From a virus (lineage: Duplodnaviria > Caudoviricetes): a stretch of 52,784 nucleotides of DNA. Positions 1 through 9,751 of this stretch are shown here, piece by piece. The notes below the pieces were generated by a model. The model made no database searches. It had not been told where the DNA came from and saw only the letters and a list, made by a program, of their open reading frames with translations. Where the stretch lies: the IMG/VR virus record IMGVR_UViG_3300044960_000379, positions 1 to 52,784 of that record. The stretch is one strand, 5' to 3'. Each line of letters begins with the position of its first letter. Position 1 is the first letter of the stretch. The position numbers and the translations under genes are program-made.

Positions 1-233
1 TTGTCGCCGAGCAGTTGAAGCAGCTGGCCATCGCGGTGGCAGTAGGCGAAAAGAGCCACGCCGAAATCGCCAAGAAGCTCGACTCGCTGGCGGCCAAGGT
101 CGATTCGCTGCTCACGCAGCAGCACGAGGATCGCGGGGCCGAGAAGTCGTGGGCCCCGGTCTTCGACGTTCTCTACAAGGTGGCGGTCGGCGTCGGGATC
201 GCGTATGTTATCTTCTTCCTCAAGATCAAGTGA
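1..233 (+). CDS. Small membrane protein, 5' partial (holin-like topology possible)
   Basis: Frame is open from the window edge. Coiled-coil-like segment, C-terminal hydrophobic helix (VLYKVAVGVGIAYVIFFL) and basic tail. Confidence 0.55.
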   Translation, partial: VAEQLKQLAIAVAVGEKSHAEIAKKLDSLAAKVDSLLTQQHEDRGAEKSWAPVFDVLYKVAVGVGIAYVIFFLKIK

Positions 234-240
234 GGCGATC

Positions 241-435
241 ATGGCGAACCCCCACCAGAACACCCCCTGCGCGCCGTGCGCCCGCAAGCGGCGGGAGCTT
301 GCCGAGGCCGCGCAGCGCGCCGCCAACGCCGCTCGCCAGGGCGACGTCCGCGCCGTTGGGCGCCACCTCATCGAGACGGCACGTGTCGCGCGCGAGGGCG
401 CCGCGATGATGACCGGCCTGAAGCCGAAGGAGTGA
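241..435 (+). CDS. Hypothetical protein with CxxC motif
   Basis: ATG at 241 after GAGG; PCAPC motif; packed in the operon. Confidence 0.65.
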   Translation: MANPHQNTPCAPCARKRRELAEAAQRAANAARQGDVRAVGRHLIETARVAREGAAMMTGLKPKE

Positions 436-438
436 CCC

Positions 439-633
439 ATGGCGCGCGACTACAATGTGGACAAGAAGCCGAAGATGCTCGGCAGCTTCCCGAAGTATAC
501 CGGCAACCTGAACGCCTCGTCGACCAAGAGTCAGGGAGTTACCGGCGCGGCGGCCATGGGGCCTAGCCCGCAGGCGAAGAAGCCGAACCCGACTTTCTTC
601 AAGAAGAAGCACCCCGGCGCCACTTACCGTTGA
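439..633 (+). CDS. Small basic hypothetical protein
   Basis: AAGGAG RBS upstream; 64 aa, Lys-rich. Confidence 0.7.
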   Translation: MARDYNVDKKPKMLGSFPKYTGNLNASSTKSQGVTGAAAMGPSPQAKKPNPTFFKKKHPGATYR

Positions 634-658
634 CGGTTTCGCTAGGTAGGCGTATAGA
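630..658 (+). promoter_or_regulatory. Candidate sigma70 promoter for the scaffold/capsid operon
   Basis: TTGACG(630-635)-N17-TATAGA(653-658) at an intergenic gap. Confidence 0.5.
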
Positions 659-690
659 TACCGCCGTTGTCTACGGAGCAGGGCCTTCCC

Positions 691-864
691 ATGCGTCCAC
701 GCAAGACGGTGCACAAGGGCATCCTCGCAGCGTCCGGTTCCCCCGCCGGCCCTGGTGTTCGCGTTGCCGGCGGGACCGTCACCAAGACAGGCCCTGCCCG
801 TAGCGCCGCCGGTTCTCGCCCGCAGGCGAAGATGTTCGACAAGAAGCGGGGGCAGACGAAGTGA
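691..864 (+). CDS. Small basic hypothetical protein
   Basis: ATG at 691; stop overlaps the next start (GTGA). Confidence 0.55.
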   Translation: MRPRKTVHKGILAASGSPAGPGVRVAGGTVTKTGPARSAAGSRPQAKMFDKKRGQTK

Positions 865-1082
865 ACCGTCGGTTGCTCCCGCTGTCTGTTGTTCGCGACC
901 TGCACAACGCCCGACTGCTTGTGCCGCTGACTGCGGCCATCGAGCAGGCTAGGCAGGCCGACCTGAAGACCCTCGTCGGGACGTCTGATTGGGCCGCGTG
1001 TCGGCTGGTGCAGGGCCGCATTCAGGCCCTCGACGACTTTCTGCACTCCCTCTCCACCCAACTGCAGAGTGACAAGCCGTGA
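861..1082 (+). CDS. Hypothetical protein (small gene preceding the scaffold)
   Basis: GTGA overlaps at both ends; QGRIQAL motif resembles small pre-scaffold proteins of podoviruses. Confidence 0.7.
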   Translation: MNRRLLPLSVVRDLHNARLLVPLTAAIEQARQADLKTLVGTSDWAACRLVQGRIQALDDFLHSLSTQLQSDKP

Positions 1083-2092
1083 CCACCCTCCCGTCCTCCA
1101 TTCGTTCGGCCCGTGCCCGCATGACCGCCATGGTCGGCGCCGCCGGCGCGGCCATGCCGCCTCTCCCGGCGCAGGTGCAGGCTGACGCCCCCGCTACCCA
1201 GCCGGCGCAGCCCGCCGCCCAGACGCCTGTGCAGTCTGTCGCCCCGCCTGCTGCGCCTGTCGCCCAGCCTGTTGCGCCGCCTGTCGCGCAGCCTGCTGTG
1301 CAGCCCCCTGCCCAGCCGGCGTCGGGGCCGGTGCCCGCGTCGACCGACGCGACCGTTCAGGCGCTGCTGCGCCAGAATCAGCAGTTGCTCGACCGCCTCG
1401 CCGCGCAGTCGAGGCCCGAGCCGGCGGACGCGCCTGAGAAGCCCGAGCCTGACTTCGTCCCCCGCATCGAACGGCTCAACGTCTCTGCCGCCGAACGCGA
1501 CACGTTCGGGCCGGCCGAGTCCTACATCCGCGCGCTTGCGCGTGAGGAGGTGCTGGCGGCGCTTGAGCAGCTTGTCCCCGAGTTCAACAAGGTCCGCCAG
1601 CGGACGGCCAAGCTCGAAAAGGACTTGGACAAGCGGGTCGGCTCGGTCACGCAGCAGACCTTCTCGCAGGCGCTCTATGCCGCCGTGCCGGACTTCGACG
1701 CGCTCGTCGCCGACGCGGCGTTCAACGCCTACCTCGACAAGCCGCTTCCCTACCAGCCGGGGCGGACCATCCGCAGCCTTCTGGCCGAGGCTTACCGGGC
1801 GCAGGACGTTGCCACGATCCGCGCCAATGTCGATCTTTTCAGGCGGCAGGCCGCTCCGGCTTCCGCCTATGTCGCGCCGGACCCCAGCGCGCTTGTTCAT
1901 CCCGTGGTGGCCGGCGGGGGGCAGCCGGCGGTGCCTGTTCAGGCACCTACGCCTGAAATCCTGACCGCGTCGCAGCGCATGGCCGACTATTCCAGCTATC
2001 GTTCGGGCAAGATGCCCCACGACCAGTGGATGCAGCGGCAGGCGCTCTACGACAAGGCCATGATTGAAGGCAGGTTTGACCCCAACAAGTGA
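1079..2092 (+). CDS. Putative capsid scaffolding protein
   Basis: Immediately upstream of the capsid gene; P/A/Q-rich N-terminus, coiled-coil middle, C-terminal AMIEGR. Confidence 0.7.
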   Translation: MTTLPSSIRSARARMTAMVGAAGAAMPPLPAQVQADAPATQPAQPAAQTPVQSVAPPAAPVAQPVAPPVAQPAVQPPAQPASGPVPASTDATVQALLRQNQQLLDRLAAQSRPEPADAPEKPEPDFVPRIERLNVSAAERDTFGPAESYIRALAREEVLAALEQLVPEFNKVRQRTAKLEKDLDKRVGSVTQQTFSQALYAAVPDFDALVADAAFNAYLDKPLPYQPGRTIRSLLAEAYRAQDVATIRANVDLFRRQAAPASAYVAPDPSALVHPVVAGGGQPAVPVQAPTPEILTASQRMADYSSYRSGKMPHDQWMQRQALYDKAMIEGRFDPNK

Positions 2093-2100
2093 GGTAAACA

Positions 2101-3051
2101 ATGGTCCGGTATACGAACGCAATTCCGGCCGCTGCCGGCTATCCGCAGTATTCGGGCAATCTTATCCCCCCGATCTACTCGCAGACGCTGATCGAGAACT
2201 TCTATTGCTCGACGGTGTTCGGCGACATTTCCACTACCGAATACATCGGGGAGATGCGCGGCAAGGGCGACCAGATTACGTTCTTCCGCGAGCCGTGCGT
2301 CATCGTCCGTGACCACGTCAAGGACGGCACGATCAAGCACGACGTCCTCGAATCGGATACCGTCACGCTCGTCATCGACCGGGCCAAGGAGTTCTCCTAC
2401 AAGATCGCGCGGCTCGACGCCGACATGATGCCCATGTGGGATCAGATGCGGTCCAAGCTGATGCAGAACACCGCCCGCACCATCGCGGACAAGATCGACT
2501 GCGAGCTGCTGGGGGAAATCTACACCTACGCGCACTGCGACAATCAGGGCCCGGCCGCCGGGTGCGTCTCGCACAGCTACAACCTCGGTCAGACCGGCAA
2601 CCCGGTGCCCGTCACCAGCATCAACGTGCTGGAAGTCATCACCAATGTCGCTGCGGTGCTGGACGAGGCGTGCATCCCGAAGGAAGGGCGTTACCTCGTG
2701 ATCCCCACCCCGATGAAGGTGGCGATCATGAACTCGGAGCTGCGCGCCGCCTACTTCTCCGGGCTGAGCCAGTCCACCTACCTGAATGGCAAGATCGCCG
2801 ATAACATCGCCGGCTTTGCCATCTACGAGTCCAACCACGTTCCGCGCGTCTTCGACGCCGGCGCCAACACCTGGGCGTGGCACATCGTCGCCGGCATCCG
2901 GTCGGCCACCTGCTTCGCCTCGGTCGTCGAGCACACGCGCGAAATCGAGGACAAGGACTCCTGGGACATCTACTATCAGGGCCTGCAGGCGTATGGGTTC
3001 GGCGTCATCCAGCCGAAGGCGCTGGCGCACCTCTACGCTCGGTTCAACTGA
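2101..3051 (+). CDS. Major capsid protein
   Basis: GAGG RBS; 316 aa; IPPIYS...EYIGE...GDQITF...LVIDRAK...GFAIYESNHVP...YGFGVIQP pattern of podoviral coat proteins; strong codon bias. Confidence 0.88.
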   Translation: MVRYTNAIPAAAGYPQYSGNLIPPIYSQTLIENFYCSTVFGDISTTEYIGEMRGKGDQITFFREPCVIVRDHVKDGTIKHDVLESDTVTLVIDRAKEFSYKIARLDADMMPMWDQMRSKLMQNTARTIADKIDCELLGEIYTYAHCDNQGPAAGCVSHSYNLGQTGNPVPVTSINVLEVITNVAAVLDEACIPKEGRYLVIPTPMKVAIMNSELRAAYFSGLSQSTYLNGKIADNIAGFAIYESNHVPRVFDAGANTWAWHIVAGIRSATCFASVVEHTREIEDKDSWDIYYQGLQAYGFGVIQPKALAHLYARFN

Positions 3052-3075
3052 TCGCCGGCAGTCGGAGTTATCACC

Positions 3076-3705
3076 ATGGCAATTCACAAGCTGTTCTTCG
3101 GCGGCCAGCGGACGGTCAATCCGTATCTGGCCATGCTTCCCCAGGTTGCCCCGGACCCGGATGCCGTCTTCGAGACGGACAACCGCCACGGCCCGGTGCT
3201 GTTCTCGCCGACTCGCTGGATGCCCTTCGGGCACTCCATGGACGAGGTGTCCTGCGCGTCCTGTGGCGCGGCGGACTGCCGCGAGTCCAAGGCGATCAAC
3301 CAGTATGTCTGCGACAACGAGATCGTCGACGGCGACTCCATCGACACGCACATCATCCCTCGCTACACCGAGGTGCGGTCCATTTGGTGGATGATCGACC
3401 GGCCGATCCCCGGCCTCACGCTGACGCTTGAGTTCCGGGACATCACTGACGACACCTCGTCGGTTGCCATCCCGATCCCCGGCGGCACGATCAACGCTGC
3501 GGTCGCCGGCTCCGGCATCATCCACCTGCCGCTGGATGGCACCTTCTACTTCCCGCGCAACGGCCTGCTCCGGGTGACGCTCACCGGCGTGCCCGACGCG
3601 CCGCCGACTTCGCCCAACTGCATGTCGTGCGGCGCCGGCGGCCTGCAGGGCTTCAGCTTCTTCCTTAGCCCGGAGATTTACGAGCCCTGCCGTGGCCTGT
3701 TCTGA
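3076..3705 (+). CDS. Putative virion protein (decoration/minor head), Cys-rich
   Basis: GGAG RBS; follows the capsid gene; beta-rich; CASC and CMSC motifs. Confidence 0.6.
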   Translation: MAIHKLFFGGQRTVNPYLAMLPQVAPDPDAVFETDNRHGPVLFSPTRWMPFGHSMDEVSCASCGAADCRESKAINQYVCDNEIVDGDSIDTHIIPRYTEVRSIWWMIDRPIPGLTLTLEFRDITDDTSSVAIPIPGGTINAAVAGSGIIHLPLDGTFYFPRNGLLRVTLTGVPDAPPTSPNCMSCGAGGLQGFSFFLSPEIYEPCRGLF

Positions 3706-3734
3706 TCGACACGTGAATGGGAAGCGGGTATAGT
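3706..3734 (+). promoter_or_regulatory. Candidate sigma70 promoter
   Basis: TCGACA(3706-3711)-N17-TATAGT(3729-3734) in an intergenic gap. Confidence 0.5.
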
Positions 3735-3756
3735 CGGCGCCGGCTTCCGTTTCCCT

Positions 3757-3790
3757 GCGCCGTGGGCCTTTGGGTGGAGGCCCACGGCGC
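3757..3790 (+). other. 13-bp GC-rich stem-loop after the capsid genes (processing, stability or weak terminator)
   Basis: GCGCCGTGGGCCT / AGGCCCACGGCGC inverted repeat; no clear U-tract. Confidence 0.55.
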
Positions 3791-3820
3791 CCTCCCGTTC
3801 CACCCGACCCGGAGTCAGAC

Positions 3821-4240
3821 ATGATCGAAGCCACCCACGGCCTGTCTGCTACCAGCGTGCCCGCTGCCGGGCGCAAGGGGCCTGCTTTCCTCCGCAACCG
3901 GATCAACGGGGCAGTCTACCCCTACCACCCAGCCATCGAGCGGCTTCCGCACATCGAACCGTTCTACGGGGCCCCCACGCAGACGCTGCCTGATCGCGAG
4001 GCGCCTGTGCCGACCGCCGAGCACCCGGCCGCGTGGCAGGCGACGCCCCGCGAAGGCGTGGACGTGACGGCTCCGGCGAGCGCCCCGCCGGTCGAGCCTG
4101 TGCCGCCGGCCGAGGCTGCCCCGCCTGGCGCGCCGACGCCATTCGAGACCGTGCCTGTTTCCGCCCAGCCGCCTGTTCAGCTTGGGTTCCCCGAGCTTCC
4201 TGCCGTGACGCTGGGGTCTTTCGATGGTGGCGACCCATAA
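3821..4240 (+). CDS. Hypothetical protein, Pro/Ala-rich C-terminus
   Basis: GGAG RBS before ATG 3821. Confidence 0.65.
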   Translation: MIEATHGLSATSVPAAGRKGPAFLRNRINGAVYPYHPAIERLPHIEPFYGAPTQTLPDREAPVPTAEHPAAWQATPREGVDVTAPASAPPVEPVPPAEAAPPGAPTPFETVPVSAQPPVQLGFPELPAVTLGSFDGGDP

Positions 4241-5003
4241 CCTCGGCTCGACGGTCGACCAGATTCTGGTCCGCGCCGGGCGCCTGCTGAACGACTACGA
4301 GGAGCAGGGGCGCCAGTTTGTCCGCTGGCCGAAGGTCAGCCTGCTGGACTACCTCAACGAGGCGCTTGCGCAGCTGGCTGCCCACCGCCGCGACGCTTTC
4401 GCCGTTCAGGCCGTGCTGCCGCTCGTGCCGGGCGCGCAGCAGGAGTTGCCGTCCGACTACATCGAACTGGTCAAGCTCGACCGCAACATGACGCGGGGCG
4501 CGACCGGCGAGCCGGAGCCGGGCGCGCCGATCAAGGAACAGGACCAGCGGATGGTGGCGGCGGTCCGCAAGCCGGACTGCCTTGGAACCGTTTCCAGCAC
4601 GGGTAAGAACAGGCCCTATTGCGTCAGGAGCTATTCGCGCAACCCGGTGTCACCGACGCATTTCGATGTGACGCCGCCGGTTCCGCCGGACGAAGTCGTT
4701 GAAGTGATCGCTACGGTGATTCGCCGCCCTAGGCAGTTCACCATCGGCGACTACGCGAAGCACGTTGGCGTCGCGCCGGAGTTCGAGGCCGCGCTGGTCG
4801 ATTGGGTGCTCTATCGGGCGTTCATGATCGACACGGAGTCCGCGTCCGCCGTGAAGGTCGCGGCTGCTTACGCGGCGGCCTTCTACAACGTTCTCGACAC
4901 GCAGCGGCGCGACCGTTCCGGCTTCAACGCGGACCGTCGGGCGAACCTGCAGGCGCCTGCCACCCCGACTATTCGGTATCGCCCTCGGAGTGATTCGCCG
5001 TGA
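4224..5003 (+). CDS. Putative head-tail adaptor (DUF6682-like)
   Basis: RAGRLLND...VRW...LLDYLNEA...RRDA and ALVDWVLYRAF motifs; position after the head genes. Confidence 0.7.
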   Translation: MVATHNLGSTVDQILVRAGRLLNDYEEQGRQFVRWPKVSLLDYLNEALAQLAAHRRDAFAVQAVLPLVPGAQQELPSDYIELVKLDRNMTRGATGEPEPGAPIKEQDQRMVAAVRKPDCLGTVSSTGKNRPYCVRSYSRNPVSPTHFDVTPPVPPDEVVEVIATVIRRPRQFTIGDYAKHVGVAPEFEAALVDWVLYRAFMIDTESASAVKVAAAYAAAFYNVLDTQRRDRSGFNADRRANLQAPATPTIRYRPRSDSP

Positions 5004-5644
5004 CCTGCACTTGCGCTCCGCCGGAGGGCGGCTCTGTCCGTCTGGAAGACTTCTTCCCCAACGTGATCCCGTTCGTCATGGGCATCCCCGACGAGGTGGC
5101 TGCGCACGCCATCCGCGAGGCGGCCATCCTGCTTGCCCGGCGGGCGCAGGTGCTCCGCCGCCACGTCACCATCGAAACCCTGCCGGACGTGCCTGACTAC
5201 CAGCTTGAGTTGGAGGACGACTATGTGGTTATCGGCCTACTCGATGTGGCGTTGTTCGGTTCTCGTCTCTCGGCGCTGAACCGGCCCCCGCTGGATCGAC
5301 ACACCCCCACGCGCCCGTCCTACTACTTCGCGCCGCCGGATGACCTGCGGGTCTACCCTTCTCCGTCGCGCGAAAGTCCGTGCGGTCTGGAGGTCGTCGC
5401 CGCCGTCTCGCCCGGGCGCGACAGCTGCTTTCTGGACCGCGTGCTCTACGACCAGTTCGCCCACGTCATCGGGGACGGCGCCGCGGCCAGCATCATGCAG
5501 ATGAAAGGCGGAGACTGGTATAACCCCGCGGGGGCGGAGCGGCACTGGCGGTCGTTCGCCCTTGGGGCGGCGGATGCCAAGGCGGCGGCCAGCCGCAGCT
5601 ACTCGTCCGGGCCTACCTACATGACGACGCGGAGGTGGGTGTGA
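5000..5644 (+). CDS. Putative adaptor/tail tubular protein
   Basis: F.P.V...V.G.PD......IREAAI pattern; translationally coupled to its neighbours. Confidence 0.6.
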   Translation: MTCTCAPPEGGSVRLEDFFPNVIPFVMGIPDEVAAHAIREAAILLARRAQVLRRHVTIETLPDVPDYQLELEDDYVVIGLLDVALFGSRLSALNRPPLDRHTPTRPSYYFAPPDDLRVYPSPSRESPCGLEVVAAVSPGRDSCFLDRVLYDQFAHVIGDGAAASIMQMKGGDWYNPAGAERHWRSFALGAADAKAAASRSYSSGPTYMTTRRWV

Positions 5645-6486
5645 GGCACTACCTGTTCCAGCCCCGCCGGCCCCTCGACCCGCGCGCGCTGCAGGCGCCG
5701 CTCGCCTCGCCGGATTGCAAGGACTGCGCTCCGCCGCCGTGCAATTCGTGCGCCCCGGGCTGTGCGACTTGCCTTGACGTCGAGGACTGCAGGCCGAAAT
5801 ACATCCGCGCCAAGCACTCGATCACCAAGGACACGGCGGCGACCTGCTTCCGCCCTTCCGATTGTCGCTACACCGCGCGCGGCAGGAAGCTGGAAGAACT
5901 GGAAGCGTGGGTGCGCCCGCGCGGAACCCTCGTCTGGCGGCTTGCCTACCCGGCGTTCGACCGCGACGACGATGGCAACATCTGCTTTCGCTGGGACCAC
6001 CACCTGTTCGCGCTCGGGGCCAAGCGGCTTGAGGTCGAGTTCCGCGAATGCGGGGAGCCGTGCGGCGTGGTGGAACTGCGCATCAGGCAGGACTGCCTCA
6101 TCGACCGGAATGCTGCTACCAACGTGGAGCGGCGCGACTTCTGCCCGCCGCTGGTCGCGCCTGGGGAGATTACGAACGTGTTCGATGCCGTCGTCCAGTT
6201 CACCGGGTTTCTCGGCGCCGTGCTTGAATCTGGCGCTACCGTCCTGAAGCTCTGCCCGCCGGATCGCCAGCGGCTGTGTTCGGTCAACCTCTGCCGCCCT
6301 GTCGAGCTTGCCATTGATGACGGCGTGAACGGCGAGATCGTCCGCTTCGTCGGTTGCACCAACGGGCTGCCGATTATCGAGCGCGGGGTTGACGGCACTG
6401 TCCCCCGCCGCTTCCCCGCCGGGGCGCGGGTCAGGTTCGTCTGGACCAGCGGCAACGTGCTGGCCGCGCAGGAGGGATGCTCGTGA
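5635..6486 (+). CDS. Putative virion protein, Cys-rich
   Basis: CKDC..CNSC..CATC cluster; IERGVDGTVPRRFPAGARV resembles tail-associated modules. Start codon uncertain. Confidence 0.6.
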   Translation: MGVRHYLFQPRRPLDPRALQAPLASPDCKDCAPPPCNSCAPGCATCLDVEDCRPKYIRAKHSITKDTAATCFRPSDCRYTARGRKLEELEAWVRPRGTLVWRLAYPAFDRDDDGNICFRWDHHLFALGAKRLEVEFRECGEPCGVVELRIRQDCLIDRNAATNVERRDFCPPLVAPGEITNVFDAVVQFTGFLGAVLESGATVLKLCPPDRQRLCSVNLCRPVELAIDDGVNGEIVRFVGCTNGLPIIERGVDGTVPRRFPAGARVRFVWTSGNVLAAQEGCS

Positions 6487-7820
6487 GCAGCCTGTTCTCC
6501 ACCACGCTGGTTCATGCCGTTCCGTCCGACGCGACGACGCTGACCGTCGTCGGTCTGCCGCCCGCGTTCATCACGATGATGAACACGCCGGGGCACGCCT
6601 TCGCCGAAATCTACACCGCCGGGCGGCGGGAGGTCGTGCTCGTGTCGCAGGCATCCGCCGGGCTGCTGACGGTTCAGCGGGGCATGCGCGGCACGTCCGC
6701 GCTTCCGTGGCCGGCTGGCGCGTGCATCTGCGGCGTCGAGTTCATCGAGGGGCCTTGCCCGCCGGACGGCTCGGCCAACCCGTGCCTTGACCTGTGGGCG
6801 GCGCTGACCGTCGACGAATCTCTGCTGTTCGACGCTGACCTGCCGCGCCTTGGGCTGCGGCCTACCGGGGTCGTGCCGGGCAACTACGGCGGGGCCGTGG
6901 TCAACCAGTTCGGTCAGTTCGTCTCGATCCCGGACAACTGGCCGGCGAGCGCGCTGCCGATCTTCGACCCGTGCGGCTGCCTCGACCAGATTATCACCCC
7001 CGGCCCGCCCGCAACGGCAGCCGACGTCTCCTATGTCCCGGTCACGTTCGCGCCTATCGTCACCGGAACGAACGTGCAGGTGGCCATCGAGCAGCTGGAA
7101 GCGGCGCTGCACGCGCTCGGCGGCTCGCTGTCCGGCGGGTTCGGCGTGCTGTCCATCGCGACGAACGCTCCCATCGTGCAGTCGGGGCCGCCGGCAAGCC
7201 CGACCATCGGGCATGCGCTTTCCGGCCTCGCGCCCGGGGTCTATGACGGGTTCACCGTCGACCAGTGGGGGCACGTCGTCGCCTACACGCCCCCGGCGCC
7301 GATCAGCGTCGCGGTCAACGGCATCGCTCCGGTCGTCGCCGCCTTCAACCCCATCCCGGCTCCCCTCGGCACCTACGACGTGTCGGTCAACCCCGCGACC
7401 TACACGTCGCCCGGCGTCGTTCAGCTGGTCAACCCTGCGGACATCCCGAGCAGCGTCCCGCCGAGCGCCGGCGGCCACGTCATCACGTGGGACGGACTGC
7501 AGCAGGCGCTGAACAATCTCCCGGATGTGCTCATCGAGCGCGCGACCATCGGGGCAGGGTCGTGGAGCATCACCGCCGCGACGCAGGTCGCCTCCGGTAA
7601 CGCCTCGACGGTGGTCGTCGCCAGCAGCCCGGGCAGTATCGACGTCCAGCTCATCCCGCCTGCCCCGGGCGAATACCAGGTCGTCGCGACCCTGCGCGGC
7701 GACCATGCGGCGTCCATCTACGTCGAAAACCTGTCGGCGAGCCTGTTCCGCATTTACTGGGTTGCCGCCGGCCTTGGCACCGCGACGCACGTCGATTTCC
7801 ACGTGACGGACCTGACCTGA
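6477..7820 (+). CDS. Putative tail fibre/appendage protein
   Basis: Repeated TGVVPGNYG..VNQFG / SGLAPGVYDG.TVDQWGH shaft motifs, plus TNVQVAIEQL and PGVVQL. Confidence 0.65.
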   Translation: MLVSSLFSTTLVHAVPSDATTLTVVGLPPAFITMMNTPGHAFAEIYTAGRREVVLVSQASAGLLTVQRGMRGTSALPWPAGACICGVEFIEGPCPPDGSANPCLDLWAALTVDESLLFDADLPRLGLRPTGVVPGNYGGAVVNQFGQFVSIPDNWPASALPIFDPCGCLDQIITPGPPATAADVSYVPVTFAPIVTGTNVQVAIEQLEAALHALGGSLSGGFGVLSIATNAPIVQSGPPASPTIGHALSGLAPGVYDGFTVDQWGHVVAYTPPAPISVAVNGIAPVVAAFNPIPAPLGTYDVSVNPATYTSPGVVQLVNPADIPSSVPPSAGGHVITWDGLQQALNNLPDVLIERATIGAGSWSITAATQVASGNASTVVVASSPGSIDVQLIPPAPGEYQVVATLRGDHAASIYVENLSASLFRIYWVAAGLGTATHVDFHVTDLT

Positions 7821-9511
7821 TGCCGTCGATCAGGATCACGCGCTTTGGTGGTATTCGCCCGGCGGTCGCCGGTGAGCACCTTGACCCGCGCTATGCGCAG
7901 GAAGCCCATAACCTCCGCCTGCGTGACCTGACGCTTCGGCCGTTCCTCGCCCCGCTTGAGGAGCAGGTCGAGCCGCACCCCGTTCGCTCCATTTACCGCA
8001 GCGCCGATTCGTCGACCTGTTGCTCGCGCCTGTTGACGTGGGACCACTGTGTTTCGGTGATGGAGGCGCCGGACCCCGGCGCGTGCCCGACCGGCGACAT
8101 GCTGCTGGTGTTCCACCAGGGCGACCGTCCGGCCGAGCCGCAGCGTTACATGCGCTGCGAGGACGCCTACTACCCCATCCGCGTGCCAAAGCCCGAGAAG
8201 GTGCTGACGTTGACCAGGCTCGCCGCTGGCACCATCGAGGGCAAGCTTGAAGGCTCTGGGCCAGACGCGCGCGCCTACACCTACACGTGGGTTGACCGCT
8301 TCGGGGTCGAGTCGATCCCGGCCATGCCGTCGAGGCAGGTCCGTTCCTACGACGACGAGGTGTGGAGGCTCGACGGGTTCGACACGCCGCCGCCGAACGC
8401 CGAGTTCGTCCGAATCTACCGATCCACGACGCAGTTCGAGGACGGCCGGCAGGTCAAGAACCCGATGGACAGCAGCTACCAGCTGGTTGAGGAAGTCCCC
8501 ATCGACGCCAACTGGGCCGGCTCGTTCGTCGATAGCCGACGCCTTCTGCACATGGACTACGGCACACTGACGACGTTCGAGAATTGCGACATCCCGGAGC
8601 GGATGGAGCAGGTCGTCGTCACCGAGCAGGGCTACCTTGTCGGGTTTCGGGGCAACGAGCTGTTCATTTCCGAGCGGTATGAGGCTCACAACTGGCCGGA
8701 GAAATACCGCCAGATGCTCCCCGACAAGATCGTCGCGCTCGCTGTTCGCTACGACATCGTGTTCATCGCGACCACCGGCCGGCCTTACAAGGCCAGCATT
8801 GCCTTCGCGCGCATGGGCGACACCGCTGACGCCACCATCGAGGTGATCCCGTTTACGGAGCATTACCCCTGCATCGGCGCGCAGACCATGGTCCCGACCG
8901 ACAACGGTGCCGCCTATTGCACCCACAAGGGCATCGTCAGGTTGCCGACGAACGGCAACGCCAAGCTGGAGTCGAGGTTCCGCGTCGACGAGGACGACTT
9001 CCGCGACTTCGCGCCGAACCTGGCCGTCTACCACAACGGCAAATACCTCGCGTCGCGCAGCCCCGCCGGGCGCGGCATCATCGTCGATTTCGAGGATAGG
9101 GTCGAAGGCGACATCGACATCGGCGACCTCGTGACCGCAGACCTGCGCTGGGATGCCGTCCATTCCGGCCGCGACGGCTATGTCTACTTCTCGCGCGGGA
9201 ACACGGTCTATCGCTGGAACGCCGGCCGGCAGCCGATGCCCTACCGCTGGCGCTCGAAGGTGTTTGTCCAGCCGGGGCTGGTGGCGTTCGCCGCCGCCAA
9301 GGTGGTCGCCGACTACGGCCCACCGATCCAGTTCAGGCTGTTCGCCGATGGCTCGCTTTATGCCGAGGATGTGGTATCGTCGAGCGCACCGTTCCGGTTG
9401 CCGGCGCGCGGACGAGGCATCAACTGGGAGGTCGAGGTGTCTGGCGCCACGCGGATCAGGGAAATCCACGTCGCCACCTCGATGGCCGAGCTGACGGAGG
9501 CGCAGGGATGA
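7820..9511 (+). CDS. Putative tail hub/stabilisation (nozzle) protein
   Basis: 563 aa; I..FGG..P start; YTYTWVD..G.ES; SE..E.HNWP; YRWRSKVF near the C-terminus. Confidence 0.7.
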   Translation: MPSIRITRFGGIRPAVAGEHLDPRYAQEAHNLRLRDLTLRPFLAPLEEQVEPHPVRSIYRSADSSTCCSRLLTWDHCVSVMEAPDPGACPTGDMLLVFHQGDRPAEPQRYMRCEDAYYPIRVPKPEKVLTLTRLAAGTIEGKLEGSGPDARAYTYTWVDRFGVESIPAMPSRQVRSYDDEVWRLDGFDTPPPNAEFVRIYRSTTQFEDGRQVKNPMDSSYQLVEEVPIDANWAGSFVDSRRLLHMDYGTLTTFENCDIPERMEQVVVTEQGYLVGFRGNELFISERYEAHNWPEKYRQMLPDKIVALAVRYDIVFIATTGRPYKASIAFARMGDTADATIEVIPFTEHYPCIGAQTMVPTDNGAAYCTHKGIVRLPTNGNAKLESRFRVDEDDFRDFAPNLAVYHNGKYLASRSPAGRGIIVDFEDRVEGDIDIGDLVTADLRWDAVHSGRDGYVYFSRGNTVYRWNAGRQPMPYRWRSKVFVQPGLVAFAAAKVVADYGPPIQFRLFADGSLYAEDVVSSSAPFRLPARGRGINWEVEVSGATRIREIHVATSMAELTEAQG

Positions 9512-9744
9512 TGTTCAACTACGTTGCCGACTACCTCAACGACGTCGCCGGTTTTGCTGTCGTGCGCGCGGTCGACGCCGGGTTGACCGCCGGGGTGGTG
9601 GTCCAGATTGCCGGTTATCTCGACGCCGCCGGCGAGCCGGTGTCCTGCCGGATGCGCGCGGCCCGCGCCGTCTGCATTTTCCCCGGGGGCGAGGTGCTGA
9701 ACCTCTGGGGCGTCGCCAATGCCCCCACTGTCGTGTTTCATTGA
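9508..9744 (+). CDS. Hypothetical protein
   Basis: ATGA overlap with the upstream gene. Confidence 0.55.
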   Translation: MMFNYVADYLNDVAGFAVVRAVDAGLTAGVVVQIAGYLDAAGEPVSCRMRAARAVCIFPGGEVLNLWGVANAPTVVFH

Positions 9745-9751
9745 GGACTCC

